Notes: a model not told the origin generated them from the letters alone. DNA of 32,000 nucleotides from Nostoc sp. PCC 7120 = FACHB-418 (GCF_000009705.1 NC_003272.1:2520001-2552000); one strand, 5' to 3'; positions 8,424 through 17,165 are shown, counted from the first letter of the stretch. Made by a program: numbers and translations.

Positions 8424-8975
8424 ATGAAGTTTTGCCGACATTTTTGTTTAGCGATCATATTAATGCTTCTTGTGTCTTGTGAATCAACCAAGACGACCCT
8501 AAAGCCTTCAACAAAAAATACTTTGGCAACCCCATCCCGAAAGGTGGTGACTCTAGATAAAAATTTTCAGATAGCAATGGGACAAACCATCTATGTTCCT
8601 ATCTATTCCCATATTTATCATTACAATCGCCAGGAGGTTTTCAATTTAGCCGCTACACTCAGTATTCGCAACACAGACTTATCAAATCCAATCATTGTCA
8701 CGTCTGTGCGTTACTATGACTCAAATGGAAAATTAGTTAAGCAATATTTAGAACGTCCGATTCAACTTGATGCCCTAGCTTCTACTGATTTTTTTATCGA
8801 TAAAAGCGATACTAGTGGCGGTCTAGGCGCAAATTTTATTGTCGAGTGGGTAGCAGCAACAGAAGTCTCGGAACCGATAGTAGAAGCAATCATGATTGGT
8901 ACTGACTTTCAGCAAGGAATTTCTTTTACTAGCCCTGGTAAGGTCATTAAAAGTCAAAGTAAACCTGTGAAATAA
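8424..8975 (+). CDS. Putative lipoprotein of unknown function (possibly DUF3124 family)
   Basis: MKFCRHFCLAIILMLLVSC has a lipobox-like LVSC. The ATG at 8424 lies 4 nt after the trkA-like stop. The track start at 8394 is a TTG overlapping that gene. The family name is from memory only. Confidence 0.65.
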   Translation: MKFCRHFCLAIILMLLVSCESTKTTLKPSTKNTLATPSRKVVTLDKNFQIAMGQTIYVPIYSHIYHYNRQEVFNLAATLSIRNTDLSNPIIVTSVRYYDSNGKLVKQYLERPIQLDALASTDFFIDKSDTSGGLGANFIVEWVAATEVSEPIVEAIMIGTDFQQGISFTSPGKVIKSQSKPVK

Positions 8976-8978
8976 CTA

Positions 8979-9115
8979 TAGGACTTACGTATGAAAACGA
9001 AAAATCAAGGGTTTGGAGAAGGGTATAGGGGTGTAGGGGTATAAATGTTTGAAACCCTTACACCCCTACACCCTTACACCCGGTCTCAACAGAAAATCTC
9101 GGTGCGTAAGTCCTA
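8979..9115. repeat. 137-nt composite palindromic element: 11-bp terminal inverted repeats (TAGGACTTACG / CGTAAGTCCTA) around inverted octamer arrays (GGGTGTAG-type vs CCCTTACA-type)
   Basis: The arms at 8979-8989 and 9105-9115 are verified. Inner pairing was checked for 9029-9040 with 9062-9073. The element lies between convergent genes. Confidence 0.7.
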
Positions 9116-9120
9116 AACCA

Positions 9121-10674
9121 TTAATCATCGTCCAGTTGCAGCAACTTTTCATTAATCGTTTGTATCCGATTCTGCCCAATATCTTGGGAGAGAATGCGTT
9201 TACGCATTGCTTCTGTGAGCGCGCCTTTTTCTGCTAGTAGTAAACGACGGCGGATAGCGTCAAGTTTGCTAAATGCGCCACTTTTATGATCAAACTCATC
9301 TGGGCGGCGATTATAGAACTCTCGTAAAGCTTTTTCTGCGCCTGCTACTTGTACTTGGTAAGCTGAACGCATTTCCTCATATACAGCTTTTGGTAACACT
9401 CCCGTTTTCAAGAGGGCATCTAATTCGTCTTGTGCGGCTTTGGCTGTGATTAGTTGGGCTTGTAATTCTTCAACCTGTTGCTGTGAGTGTGAAAATTTGG
9501 ATAATTTTAAACGTTTTACTAAGAATGGCAAGCTTAACCCCTGTCCCACCAACGACACTAGAACACAGCCGAAGACTATAGCAATCAGACTTTCGCGTCC
9601 TGGCAGTGTGGTAGGTAAACTTAACGCCAAAGCCATTGAGAGTGAACCTTTAATGTTGCCTAAAAACAGTAAGTGTTGCCAGCGTAGTGGAATCGGCCTG
9701 TCAAACCAGCGAACCCCTGCTAGCAAAGGATAGATTGTCAAAACTCGCCCGACTTGATAAGCCAAAACTGCCAGTAGAATTGCAGGCAAAGTTTGCCAGA
9801 GAGTTACTAGGTTGATTTCTACACCAATCAGCAGAAAAATAAAGGTGTTAGCAGTAAAACTGGCATATTCCCAAAAACTCAATAAGGTAATGCGACTGGA
9901 AGCAGAAGTATTGCCAGACAGCCCAAAATTTCCAAAAATTAACCCAGCAACAACTACAGCTACAGCGCCGGATACGCCTAAAAATTGTCCAACCTGAAAA
10001 GTTCCTAAGGCAACTGCCACAGTCAGCAGTAGACTGCTCAGGGGATCATCTAAACGGTTAAATACAGGTATGCTCAAGTAGCCTAAGACTAAGCCAACAA
10101 GGCAGCCACCCACGGAAATAAATAGCAGTTGTTGGATTCCCTCTATTAACGTGAGCGAACCAGTCGAATATACTTGCAAAATTAGATTAAAGGAAACTAA
10201 GGCCGCAGCATCGTTAAATAAAGTTTCTCCTTCAACAATGGTAGAAAGGCGGGAAGGTACTGGTATTTCCTTAAATACGGCAATCATGGAAACTGTATCT
10301 GTGTTTGCCAGAATTACTCCTACAAGGAAAGCCGGTATCCAATTCAATCCCAGCCCAAATTTTAACAAGATGGCGATAATAGCACTGGAAAGTATAGCCC
10401 CTGGCCCTGCCAGCAGGGCAATTGGTTTGAATGTACTACGTAAGCGGCTGATATCTGTATTGATACCGGCTTCAAAGATGAGAATAGGCAGGAAAAGATT
10501 TAAAACCAGCGCCGGGTCTAAACCAATGGGACGAGACAAGAGTTCAGTTATAGGCAAACCTGCTAATACTAATCCTGTGACATAAGGAACTCGCAATCGC
10601 CGGGATAGCAACGCTACACCTGTGGCAACGAGTAAGAGAATAATAGAAATCTTGATTAATTCGGTAATATTCAC
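9121..10674 (-). CDS. CPA1-family Na+(K+)/H+ antiporter (NhaP/NhaS1-like) with a soluble C-terminal tail
   Basis: 517 aa, with roughly 11-12 hydrophobic helices. Motifs include ANTDTVSMIAVF and ETLFNDAAALV. The hydrophilic C-terminus is about 120 aa. Confidence 0.9.
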   Translation of the reverse strand: MNITELIKISIILLLVATGVALLSRRLRVPYVTGLVLAGLPITELLSRPIGLDPALVLNLFLPILIFEAGINTDISRLRSTFKPIALLAGPGAILSSAIIAILLKFGLGLNWIPAFLVGVILANTDTVSMIAVFKEIPVPSRLSTIVEGETLFNDAAALVSFNLILQVYSTGSLTLIEGIQQLLFISVGGCLVGLVLGYLSIPVFNRLDDPLSSLLLTVAVALGTFQVGQFLGVSGAVAVVVAGLIFGNFGLSGNTSASSRITLLSFWEYASFTANTFIFLLIGVEINLVTLWQTLPAILLAVLAYQVGRVLTIYPLLAGVRWFDRPIPLRWQHLLFLGNIKGSLSMALALSLPTTLPGRESLIAIVFGCVLVSLVGQGLSLPFLVKRLKLSKFSHSQQQVEELQAQLITAKAAQDELDALLKTGVLPKAVYEEMRSAYQVQVAGAEKALREFYNRRPDEFDHKSGAFSKLDAIRRRLLLAEKGALTEAMRKRILSQDIGQNRIQTINEKLLQLDDD

Positions 10675-10839
10675 GAAGATATGCAGAATTTATATGGTGT
10701 TCAATCAATTTTTGGAGGATACAGCCAGTTTGAACACATCCCAAAGGATGAGAGGCTTGCATAAAGTTATCAATTGCAACTCTCCCCTACTAAAAAATGG
10801 AAAATTACCCCCTTTGTTATTTGGGCAGGTCACAACCTC

Positions 10840-10866
10840 GTTATAGATTGGTAATGTATCTATAAC
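10840..10866. promoter_or_regulatory. 9-bp perfect inverted repeat GTTATAGAT-N9-ATCTATAAC upstream of the M50 protease gene
   Basis: Verified base by base. It lies 45 nt upstream of the ATG at 10912. Function is not established. Confidence 0.25.
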
Positions 10867-10911
10867 ACCGGCCTAATTCGGGCTTAGTCTTTCACAGCGA
10901 AGGGTTGGGAA

Positions 10912-12393
10912 ATGTTTGCTTCCTCAGAGACTTCTATACTGGGAATAATTTTACTTGTAGCTTTCACCATTTTGGGTTGGGGCTTTTACCGCGCCAGACC
11001 TTTTGGTAAACTGGGAATCTTAGCCTGGTTGCAGTCGGTGGTATTAATGGCTCCCTGGCTGTTGTTTTTTGGTTTGTTTGCTGCCGGGATTTATATCAAC
11101 ATCGTCGGCATATTGTTCTTGGTCGTAGGTTCTGCTGGATTGTACATCTACTTGGGTAGACAGTTGCGATCGCTTGGACAAGATGCCATCCTTAAGCAAC
11201 GGGCAACGGAAAGGCTGGCGGCTGAATCTTTACCAGCGCCAGAAAATATGTCTCAGCCAGTGGGAGTGGTTGTGGAAATCATGCCAATCCCCGAAGAAGA
11301 CTTAAATGTGATTAAAGGCATTTTCGGGATTGATACCTTTTTTGCCACAGAAACGATCGCCTACCAAGAAGGTGCTATCTTCAAAGGTAATCTGCGCGGC
11401 GAACCCCAAGCGGTTCATACTCGTCTGAGTAAGAGTTTGCAAGACAAGTTAGGTGAGAAGTATCGCCTATTTTTAGTAGAAAACACAGACACTAAACCTG
11501 TGGTGATTGTGCTACCCAGCACTAATGATCCACGTCCGACAACACTACCACAAAAAGTATTTGCCGCTATCTTGGCTATAGCAACTATCGGCACTAGCTT
11601 AGAAACTGCCGGATTACTCTTGAATTTTGATTTATTTTCCACCCCAGCCAGATTGCAAGAGGCTTTACCCATAGGGGTTGGGATCTTTGTTATTTTAGTG
11701 GCTCATGAAATTGGGCATTGGTTAGTTGCTCGCCGTCATCAAGTCCGCCTCAGCTGGCCTTTCTTTTTACCTGCTGTACAAATCGGTTCTTTTGGGGCAA
11801 TTACCCGCTTCGAGTCTTTGTTACCCAATCGCTCAGTATTATTCGATATTGCGGTGGCTGGGCCAATAGCTGGCGGAACGGTTTCTTTGCTAATGCTGAT
11901 TGTTGGTTTGCTGCTATCCCACCAAGGCAGTTTATTTCAGTTACCCAACCAGTTTTTTCAAGGATCAATTTTGGTGGGTAGCCTAGCACGGGTTGTCCTG
12001 GGTTCGGCGTTGCAATCACCTTTAGTCAACGTCCACCCCTTGGTAATTATTGGTTGGCTAGGGTTAGTCATCACCGCTTTGAACTTAATGCCAGCCGGTT
12101 CCTTAGATGGTGGTCGGATTATTCAGGCAATTTACGGACGTAAGACCGCAGGTAGAGCAACATTTGCTACTTTGATTGTGTTGGCGTTGGTTTCTCTGGG
12201 TAATGCACTGGCGATGTATTGGGCGATCGTGATTTTATTCTTACAACGGGATTTGGAACGTCCCAACTTGAATGAAATTAGCGAACCCGATGATGCTAGG
12301 GCGGCTTTATGCTTGCTTGTTTTATTCTTGATGATTACTACCCTTTTACCTCTAACTCCTGCTTTGGCTGGGCGTTTGGGGATTGGTGGCTAG
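10912..12393 (+). CDS. M50 site-2-protease-family membrane metalloprotease (EGY-like)
   Basis: HExxH occurs in VAHEIGHWLVARRH. The second S2P motif is ALNLMPAGSLDGGR. The protein is polytopic. Confidence 0.85.
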   Translation: MFASSETSILGIILLVAFTILGWGFYRARPFGKLGILAWLQSVVLMAPWLLFFGLFAAGIYINIVGILFLVVGSAGLYIYLGRQLRSLGQDAILKQRATERLAAESLPAPENMSQPVGVVVEIMPIPEEDLNVIKGIFGIDTFFATETIAYQEGAIFKGNLRGEPQAVHTRLSKSLQDKLGEKYRLFLVENTDTKPVVIVLPSTNDPRPTTLPQKVFAAILAIATIGTSLETAGLLLNFDLFSTPARLQEALPIGVGIFVILVAHEIGHWLVARRHQVRLSWPFFLPAVQIGSFGAITRFESLLPNRSVLFDIAVAGPIAGGTVSLLMLIVGLLLSHQGSLFQLPNQFFQGSILVGSLARVVLGSALQSPLVNVHPLVIIGWLGLVITALNLMPAGSLDGGRIIQAIYGRKTAGRATFATLIVLALVSLGNALAMYWAIVILFLQRDLERPNLNEISEPDDARAALCLLVLFLMITTLLPLTPALAGRLGIGG

Positions 12394-12410
12394 TTAATAT
12401 CTGGCTGTAT

Positions 12411-12432
12411 CCTCGACTTTTCTAAGTCGGGG
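12411..12432 (+). terminator. Hairpin CCTCGACTT-TTCT-AAGTCGGGG (9 bp with one G-U) after the M50 stop; weak T tail
   Basis: Seen directly. It starts 17 nt after the stop at 12393 and is followed by ATTTAAAAA, not a clean U-tract. Confidence 0.3.
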
Positions 12433-12453
12433 ATTTAAAAACTCAATTTCATC

Positions 12454-13326
12454 TTAAAGGGCTTCTAACCAAGTTTGTAAATCAGCCAAACTTGTAAAAT
12501 CTAATAAAGCTTCGCTCAAATCTTCGAGAATCGGTAGAGGTAGAGTGGAAATGTGCGATCGCATTTCTTGAGAAATTTCTCCAAACCGCTTATTTAGCAA
12601 TCGAATAACCAGATTCACAGCCTCTTGCTGTCTTCCTTCTTCACGCCCTTCTTCCCGTCCTTCTTCCCGTCCTTCTTCTTTAATCTCTCTATAAACTCTC
12701 GTTTCTTTAAGTGTAATTCCCAACATTTCTTCTACCTCTGTTTTACTTAATTTTTCAAACTTGTACACCATTATCGTTGTGATCATCTCTATTATGGCGC
12801 GGTTTGATGGTTGAGATGCTTGCTGTTGACTCCTTGTTAATAAATATCTAGCTTCCAAGGGTGCTTGTTCTTCATCTATCGTAGTTAAAACCATCAATGC
12901 TAACCATAAGGGCAAAGAGCGAATATCACCCAATTCATCTAAATACACTCGATGAACTTGGTTGCTGTTCAGTAATGCACGATGGGGATAAACATCGCTT
13001 TGTTCGGTATAGCGCGATGGATAAATGATTACCGCTTGCCAATCGCTAAATCTAGCACGGTTGTGGTAGAAGTATAACGTGGATTCTGCAAATACTCTTT
13101 CATAAAGCTGTTCATCTTTTTGGAACTGCACCTCACAGAAATACACAACACCAGGATTTTCGCTGTCTGGTGGTAAAAATACCCCATCGATTTCAAATTT
13201 TGGTTCTTTAACAGCTACCGAATCAAATCGATAAGACTCCGCATTTATAGGAGGATTTGTCAATAGTTCAAATAGTAAACTGGGAGATTGTTGGAATAGT
13301 TTATAAAATATAGAGTCTCGGCGCAT
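12454..13326 (-). CDS. Rpn-family recombination-promoting nuclease / putative transposase (PD-(D/E)XK N-terminus, DUF4351-type C-terminus)
   Basis: The N-terminus DSIFYKLFQQSPSLLFELL and the C-terminus LVIRLLNKRFGEISQEMRSHISTLPLPILEDLSEALLDFTSLADLQTWL are typical of the cyanobacterial expansion of this family. Confidence 0.85.
   Translation of the reverse strand: MRRDSIFYKLFQQSPSLLFELLTNPPINAESYRFDSVAVKEPKFEIDGVFLPPDSENPGVVYFCEVQFQKDEQLYERVFAESTLYFYHNRARFSDWQAVIIYPSRYTEQSDVYPHRALLNSNQVHRVYLDELGDIRSLPLWLALMVLTTIDEEQAPLEARYLLTRSQQQASQPSNRAIIEMITTIMVYKFEKLSKTEVEEMLGITLKETRVYREIKEEGREEGREEGREEGRQQEAVNLVIRLLNKRFGEISQEMRSHISTLPLPILEDLSEALLDFTSLADLQTWLEAL
12635..12682. repeat. In-frame 12-nt tandem repeat (CCTTCTTCCCGT-type, about 4 copies) encoding (EGRE)n inside the Rpn-family gene
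   Basis: Units at 12635, 12647, 12659 and 12671. The protein reads EEGREEGREEGREEGR. Confidence 0.85.
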
Positions 13327-13409
13327 GAAAGAATTTGACTGATTTTCCGTTGATGGTTAACAGTCTCTAATAAAACTTAAAAAAGAGCAATTTTTGACAG
13401 ATTTGTACA

Positions 13410-13435
13410 CCACAGAAGCCTCAAGTCTTCTGTGG
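13410..13435 (-). terminator. Hairpin CCACAGAAG-N8-CTTCTGTGG, 12 nt downstream of the GHL10 gene stop
   Basis: 9-bp perfect stem verified. There is no U-tract on the minus strand, so it may be a transcript-stabilising hairpin rather than a terminator. Confidence 0.3.
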
Positions 13436-13447
13436 CTTATGACTTTC

Positions 13448-14698
13448 CTATGGTTTCCAACCTGTAATCAGATTGGGATATTTGGCTGGTTGGGTGAATA
13501 TTTGTTGGAAGCCAGCCTGACGTTTTGCAGATGCTTCCTGGCTTAAGTTCCAGAGAGTTTCGTAGAAGAAGAAAGAAACGCCGGCAAAGTTGCGATCGCG
13601 TACTTTTTGTACTTGGGTTTGAATCTGCTGTATGGGTACAGAGCGATTTTTCAACCCGGATAAAATACCAATACTCACAGGGATATGTGCTTTGGCTGCT
13701 TTGACTTCTGGATATTCTAATTCTTGAACAAAGACGTTTAAATCATCTCGGTAAATTTGCAAGACCAGTTCTTCAATTAGTCCCATCCTTTCCCACTTCT
13801 GCCAATCTGCGAGAAAGTAATCATAGGAGAAACGCTGAGGATTAGGTGCAACGGAAACCAAGCAATCTTTTTTAGTGGCTTTAATTGCTTTAAATATTCT
13901 TTGCATGAAGTTGGTAATTTTACTAGCTCTCCAGCGTAACCATTCCGGATCACGGGGGTTCTTAGAAGGAGCTTGACCACGGTGTTCTTTCTTGTATAAA
14001 GCTACTGTGTAGGCATCGTAGCCTAATTCTGAAGGTAAGCCGAAATGATCGTCAAATTGAATACCATCGATGTCGTAGTTTCTTACAATTTCCACGATTA
14101 AATCTTGGATAAATTGTTGGACATCTGGGCGAAAGGGATTTAACCACACGCGATCGTGTATGCCTTCCTTGACTATACGACTACCATTGCTACGACTGGT
14201 TAACCATTGGGGACGGTTTTTGGCGAGGAGAGAATCGGCTGGAGCCATGAACCCGAATTCAAACCAGGGAATTACGGTTAATCCTTGTTTATGTCCCTCA
14301 GTGACTATTTCTTTGAGCATATCTCGCCCTTGTAATCCTGGGGTGGGGTCGATCGCCCGTCCAATAACTTTGGCTGCAACTTTGCTGGGGTAAAGTGTAT
14401 ATCCCCAGTTCCATACTGCTGGATAGACGGTGTTGAAGTTGAGTTTATCTAACTTTTGTAAAGATGTTTTGAGGCGATCGCGTTCAAATAATACATCACT
14501 ATCAATATTGGTTAACCATACCCCTCTCAATTCAGATGCTAGTGCAGCACTAGGAGTAATTTGAGCATTTAAGGGAAACGATAGCATTACCGTAGCCACA
14601 ACACTCAAAGCCATCATTAAGGCAAAGAATATCTGCTTTCTAATTGCCGCCATATTCGGTAATAAGGATTCACTACACCACTTCGCAAATACTTTCAT
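13448..14698 (-). CDS. GHL10 / DUF187 family 10-like glycosyl hydrolase (YddW/YngK-like), exported
   Basis: Motifs: LRGVWLTNIDS, NTVYPAVWNWGYTLYPS, IPWFEFGFMA, WLNPFRPDVQQF, DGIQFDDHFGLP. An N-terminal hydrophobic signal is present. An alternative start is MAAIRKQ at 14653. Confidence 0.8.
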   Translation of the reverse strand: MKVFAKWCSESLLPNMAAIRKQIFFALMMALSVVATVMLSFPLNAQITPSAALASELRGVWLTNIDSDVLFERDRLKTSLQKLDKLNFNTVYPAVWNWGYTLYPSKVAAKVIGRAIDPTPGLQGRDMLKEIVTEGHKQGLTVIPWFEFGFMAPADSLLAKNRPQWLTSRSNGSRIVKEGIHDRVWLNPFRPDVQQFIQDLIVEIVRNYDIDGIQFDDHFGLPSELGYDAYTVALYKKEHRGQAPSKNPRDPEWLRWRASKITNFMQRIFKAIKATKKDCLVSVAPNPQRFSYDYFLADWQKWERMGLIEELVLQIYRDDLNVFVQELEYPEVKAAKAHIPVSIGILSGLKNRSVPIQQIQTQVQKVRDRNFAGVSFFFYETLWNLSQEASAKRQAGFQQIFTQPAKYPNLITGWKP

Positions 14699-15003
14699 AA
14701 ATCGTTACAAACATCCGCTAAGAAAATGAAGCATGACTGTAATAGTTAAGCAGAAGTTGCACCTTTTTGTTAGCTTGGGGATTAGGTAAATGTTTTATCC
14801 CCTCTACTCTCTTGCTTCTTCCTGTTTCCTATTTCTCTTGAAATACTTAGGAACAAAAAATTAATACACGAGCGTCTATCTTTACATCTACATAAGAAGA
14901 TATACCAGCAAGAAGTCCCAAGTAATTTTATTTGGGGAATAATTACGGAATTTATCTTATTTGTTAGGTATTAATTTTTGATCATTGCAATACTGAACTC
15001 TAG

Positions 15004-15023
15004 ACGCTGATGTCAGCGTTTTA
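15004..15023 (+). promoter_or_regulatory. Terminator-like hairpin ACGCTG-ATGT-CAGCGT followed by TTTTA, 12 nt upstream of the 603-aa gene start
   Basis: Seen directly. There is no upstream same-strand gene to terminate, so it is a leader hairpin or a candidate attenuator. Confidence 0.3.
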
Positions 15024-15034
15024 TCTTAGGAATT

Positions 15035-16846
15035 ATGCTGCCAATTTATCGTTATACTAAACAGGCTCAAATTATTACTGCTTTAATTTTGACTGGCATT
15101 CTATCCGTTGGTAGTGGGTTGACACTTATAAAAAACGCCAGTGCTTCATCTATCGATTTTTCAGCAGAAACACCCAATGAACGCCTCAAACAAAATGTTC
15201 CAGCGAACCGCTTACCGCGCCTTGTAGCTAATGCTGTGTTGCGGGATTTATCAAATAGAGCAGGAATTTCTTCCCTCTTTTTGAAAATCACTGATTATCG
15301 TCAACAAACTTGGCGCAATGGTTGTTTAGAACTACAGCGACCGGATGAACTCTGTTCTCAGGCTTTAGTTCCAGGTTGGCGAGTTGTAGTTTCTCGCGGT
15401 AAACAAACCTGGATTTATCACACCAATCAAAATGGTTCTGTAGTCAGGCTAAATGAACGAGCTAACACAGGTAGATTACCCCAAAATGTGAGAAATGCTG
15501 TATTAGCACAGGCGCGACAAATCTCAGGATTACCAACTAGGGCTTTGAGTATTGTGGAATTTCAACCGACTAACTGGGTTGAAGGTTGTGAAGTCTCCAC
15601 TTTTCCCAATCCTTGCGATCAGATTTTAGTCTCTGGTTGGCAAGTAACTGTAGGTGCGGGGAATCAACGTTGGGTATTTGTCAGTAATGAAAATGGTGAT
15701 AGAGTCCGGTTAGCAACTGGAAGTAATCCAAGTGCAAATTTACCAACATCGATTATAGATGAAGTGTTAGCGGATGCTTCCAACCGCAGTAGAACCAAGA
15801 TTGCAGTCAGTTCGAGAAATATTACCCAAGCAGAACGGGTAGTTTGGAGCAATGGCTGTCTAGATTTAGATGGGGGCGTTTGTACTTTCGCTCAGGTACC
15901 TGGTTGGCGTGTTACTGTCACCATAGGCCGGGAAAAGTTTGTTTATCACACCGACAATAACTTTTTAGTCAAGTTCAATCGAGCTGCTAGCACAACTACT
16001 GGTAATGTTGGCTCTGTGCAACCAATACCTATTTCTGAAAGTGAATTACCGCCACCCTTAGATAGGAATGTGGTCTTTCGCTCAATTGCGAGTGGTGGTT
16101 TTACTGGGAGAACCTACGAGACAATTTTGCTCAATGATGGGCGATTAATTCGTGTGCAGATTGGTAATATTAATAATTCTGAGCGTAGTGTCCGCCGTCT
16201 GAGTCGCCAAGAATTACAGCAATTTCAGCAGTTGCTACAACGTTATAGAGGCGAATTTAATAATCTGCGCTACCCCGCACCCAGAAGCGGTGCTGATTTC
16301 AGCACTTACACTCTCACTAGCCAAGAGGGTACAGTCGAATACAATGATCTTTCCGTAAATAGCGTACCGAGAAATTTACAAGCTGTCATTACCGCATGGA
16401 ATCAAATTAACGATACCCCAATCTCAGATAATGGTAATCTCAACCCTGTAGCGATTCGTCCCAGTGAGTTACCACTACCTTTAGATCAAGGTGTAGTATT
16501 TCGAGAAATTTCTAGCGGTGGCTTTGCGGGTAGAACCTACGAAACAGTATTACGTGATGATGGTTTGTTAATCCGTGTGCGGATTGGCGACGCTAATGAT
16601 TCTGAGAGGAGTGTGCGCCGTGTTCCTGTGCAGCAAGTACGTCAATTCCAACGGTTGCTGGAACGCAGATCACAGGAGTTCCAAAATATTAACTATCCAG
16701 CCCCTAGAGGTGCTGCTGATTTTATTACCTACACTCTGACCAGCGAAGACGGTACAGTACAGTACAACGATATTTCTCAGAATAACTTGCCGCAGGATTT
16801 ACAGGGAGTGGTGCAAGTTTGGGGGGATATAGTGGGGAATAGGTAA
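15035..16846 (+). CDS. Exported or membrane-anchored repeat protein of unknown function (3 x ~85-aa two-Cys modules plus 2 x ~122-aa modules)
   Basis: N-terminal hydrophobic anchor AQIITALILTGILSVGSGLTLI. The internal repeats were read directly from the translation (see findings). Confidence 0.75.
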   Translation: MLPIYRYTKQAQIITALILTGILSVGSGLTLIKNASASSIDFSAETPNERLKQNVPANRLPRLVANAVLRDLSNRAGISSLFLKITDYRQQTWRNGCLELQRPDELCSQALVPGWRVVVSRGKQTWIYHTNQNGSVVRLNERANTGRLPQNVRNAVLAQARQISGLPTRALSIVEFQPTNWVEGCEVSTFPNPCDQILVSGWQVTVGAGNQRWVFVSNENGDRVRLATGSNPSANLPTSIIDEVLADASNRSRTKIAVSSRNITQAERVVWSNGCLDLDGGVCTFAQVPGWRVTVTIGREKFVYHTDNNFLVKFNRAASTTTGNVGSVQPIPISESELPPPLDRNVVFRSIASGGFTGRTYETILLNDGRLIRVQIGNINNSERSVRRLSRQELQQFQQLLQRYRGEFNNLRYPAPRSGADFSTYTLTSQEGTVEYNDLSVNSVPRNLQAVITAWNQINDTPISDNGNLNPVAIRPSELPLPLDQGVVFREISSGGFAGRTYETVLRDDGLLIRVRIGDANDSERSVRRVPVQQVRQFQRLLERRSQEFQNINYPAPRGAADFITYTLTSEDGTVQYNDISQNNLPQDLQGVVQVWGDIVGNR

Positions 16847-16969
16847 TGGGTAATTGGTGATAGTCGTTCGTCAATTTTTAGAGCTATCTATGGGAAAAAT
16901 TTACGGTTGAAGCCCATTTCTTCGGGAACACCAAAAAAATCAATTAGCCGAAATTGATGGTTTGGTAGA

Positions 16970-17024
16970 GTGCGTCAGTATGAATAATTTCTGAGTATAG
17001 TTAGGTTTTATCGCACTGACGCAC
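16970..17024. repeat. 10-bp inverted repeat GTGCGTCAGT ... ACTGACGCAC with a 35-nt loop in the feo upstream region
   Basis: Arms at 16970-16979 and 17015-17024 verified. Confidence 0.5.
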
Positions 17025-17124
17025 GCTACATCTTGAAAATTTTTTATCTGGAATTCCCTTAGTCTATCTGTCATGAGTTCATCATAGTTGCCCATCTAGT
17101 AAATTTCCTCACAAGTTCCTCATC

Positions 17125-17165
17125 TTTCTCGTTGAGAATAATTTGCAGTTAATCTCAACGAGAAA
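17125..17165. promoter_or_regulatory. Perfect 13-bp inverted repeat TTTCTCGTTGAGA-N15-TCTCAACGAGAAA ending 5 nt before the feoB (G-domain) ATG
   Basis: Verified base by base. The spacer ATAATTTGCAGTTAA is AT-rich. It is a candidate operator (FurA-type?) or a hairpin occluding the ribosome binding site. Confidence 0.45.

Noticed and set aside
9049-9237. 62-aa plus-strand ORF starting in the palindromic element
   Set aside because: It begins inside the octamer repeats and runs antisense into the antiporter gene.
10544-10846. ORFs 10544-10762(-) and 10622-10846(+) in and near the antiporter / M50 divergent region
   Set aside because: They overlap the antiporter 5-prime end and each other. They have no motifs and are more likely promoter DNA.
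17125-17165. Calling the feo inverted repeat a canonical Fur box
   Set aside because: The match to GATAATGATAATCATTATC is poor. I kept it only as a generic operator or hairpin candidate.
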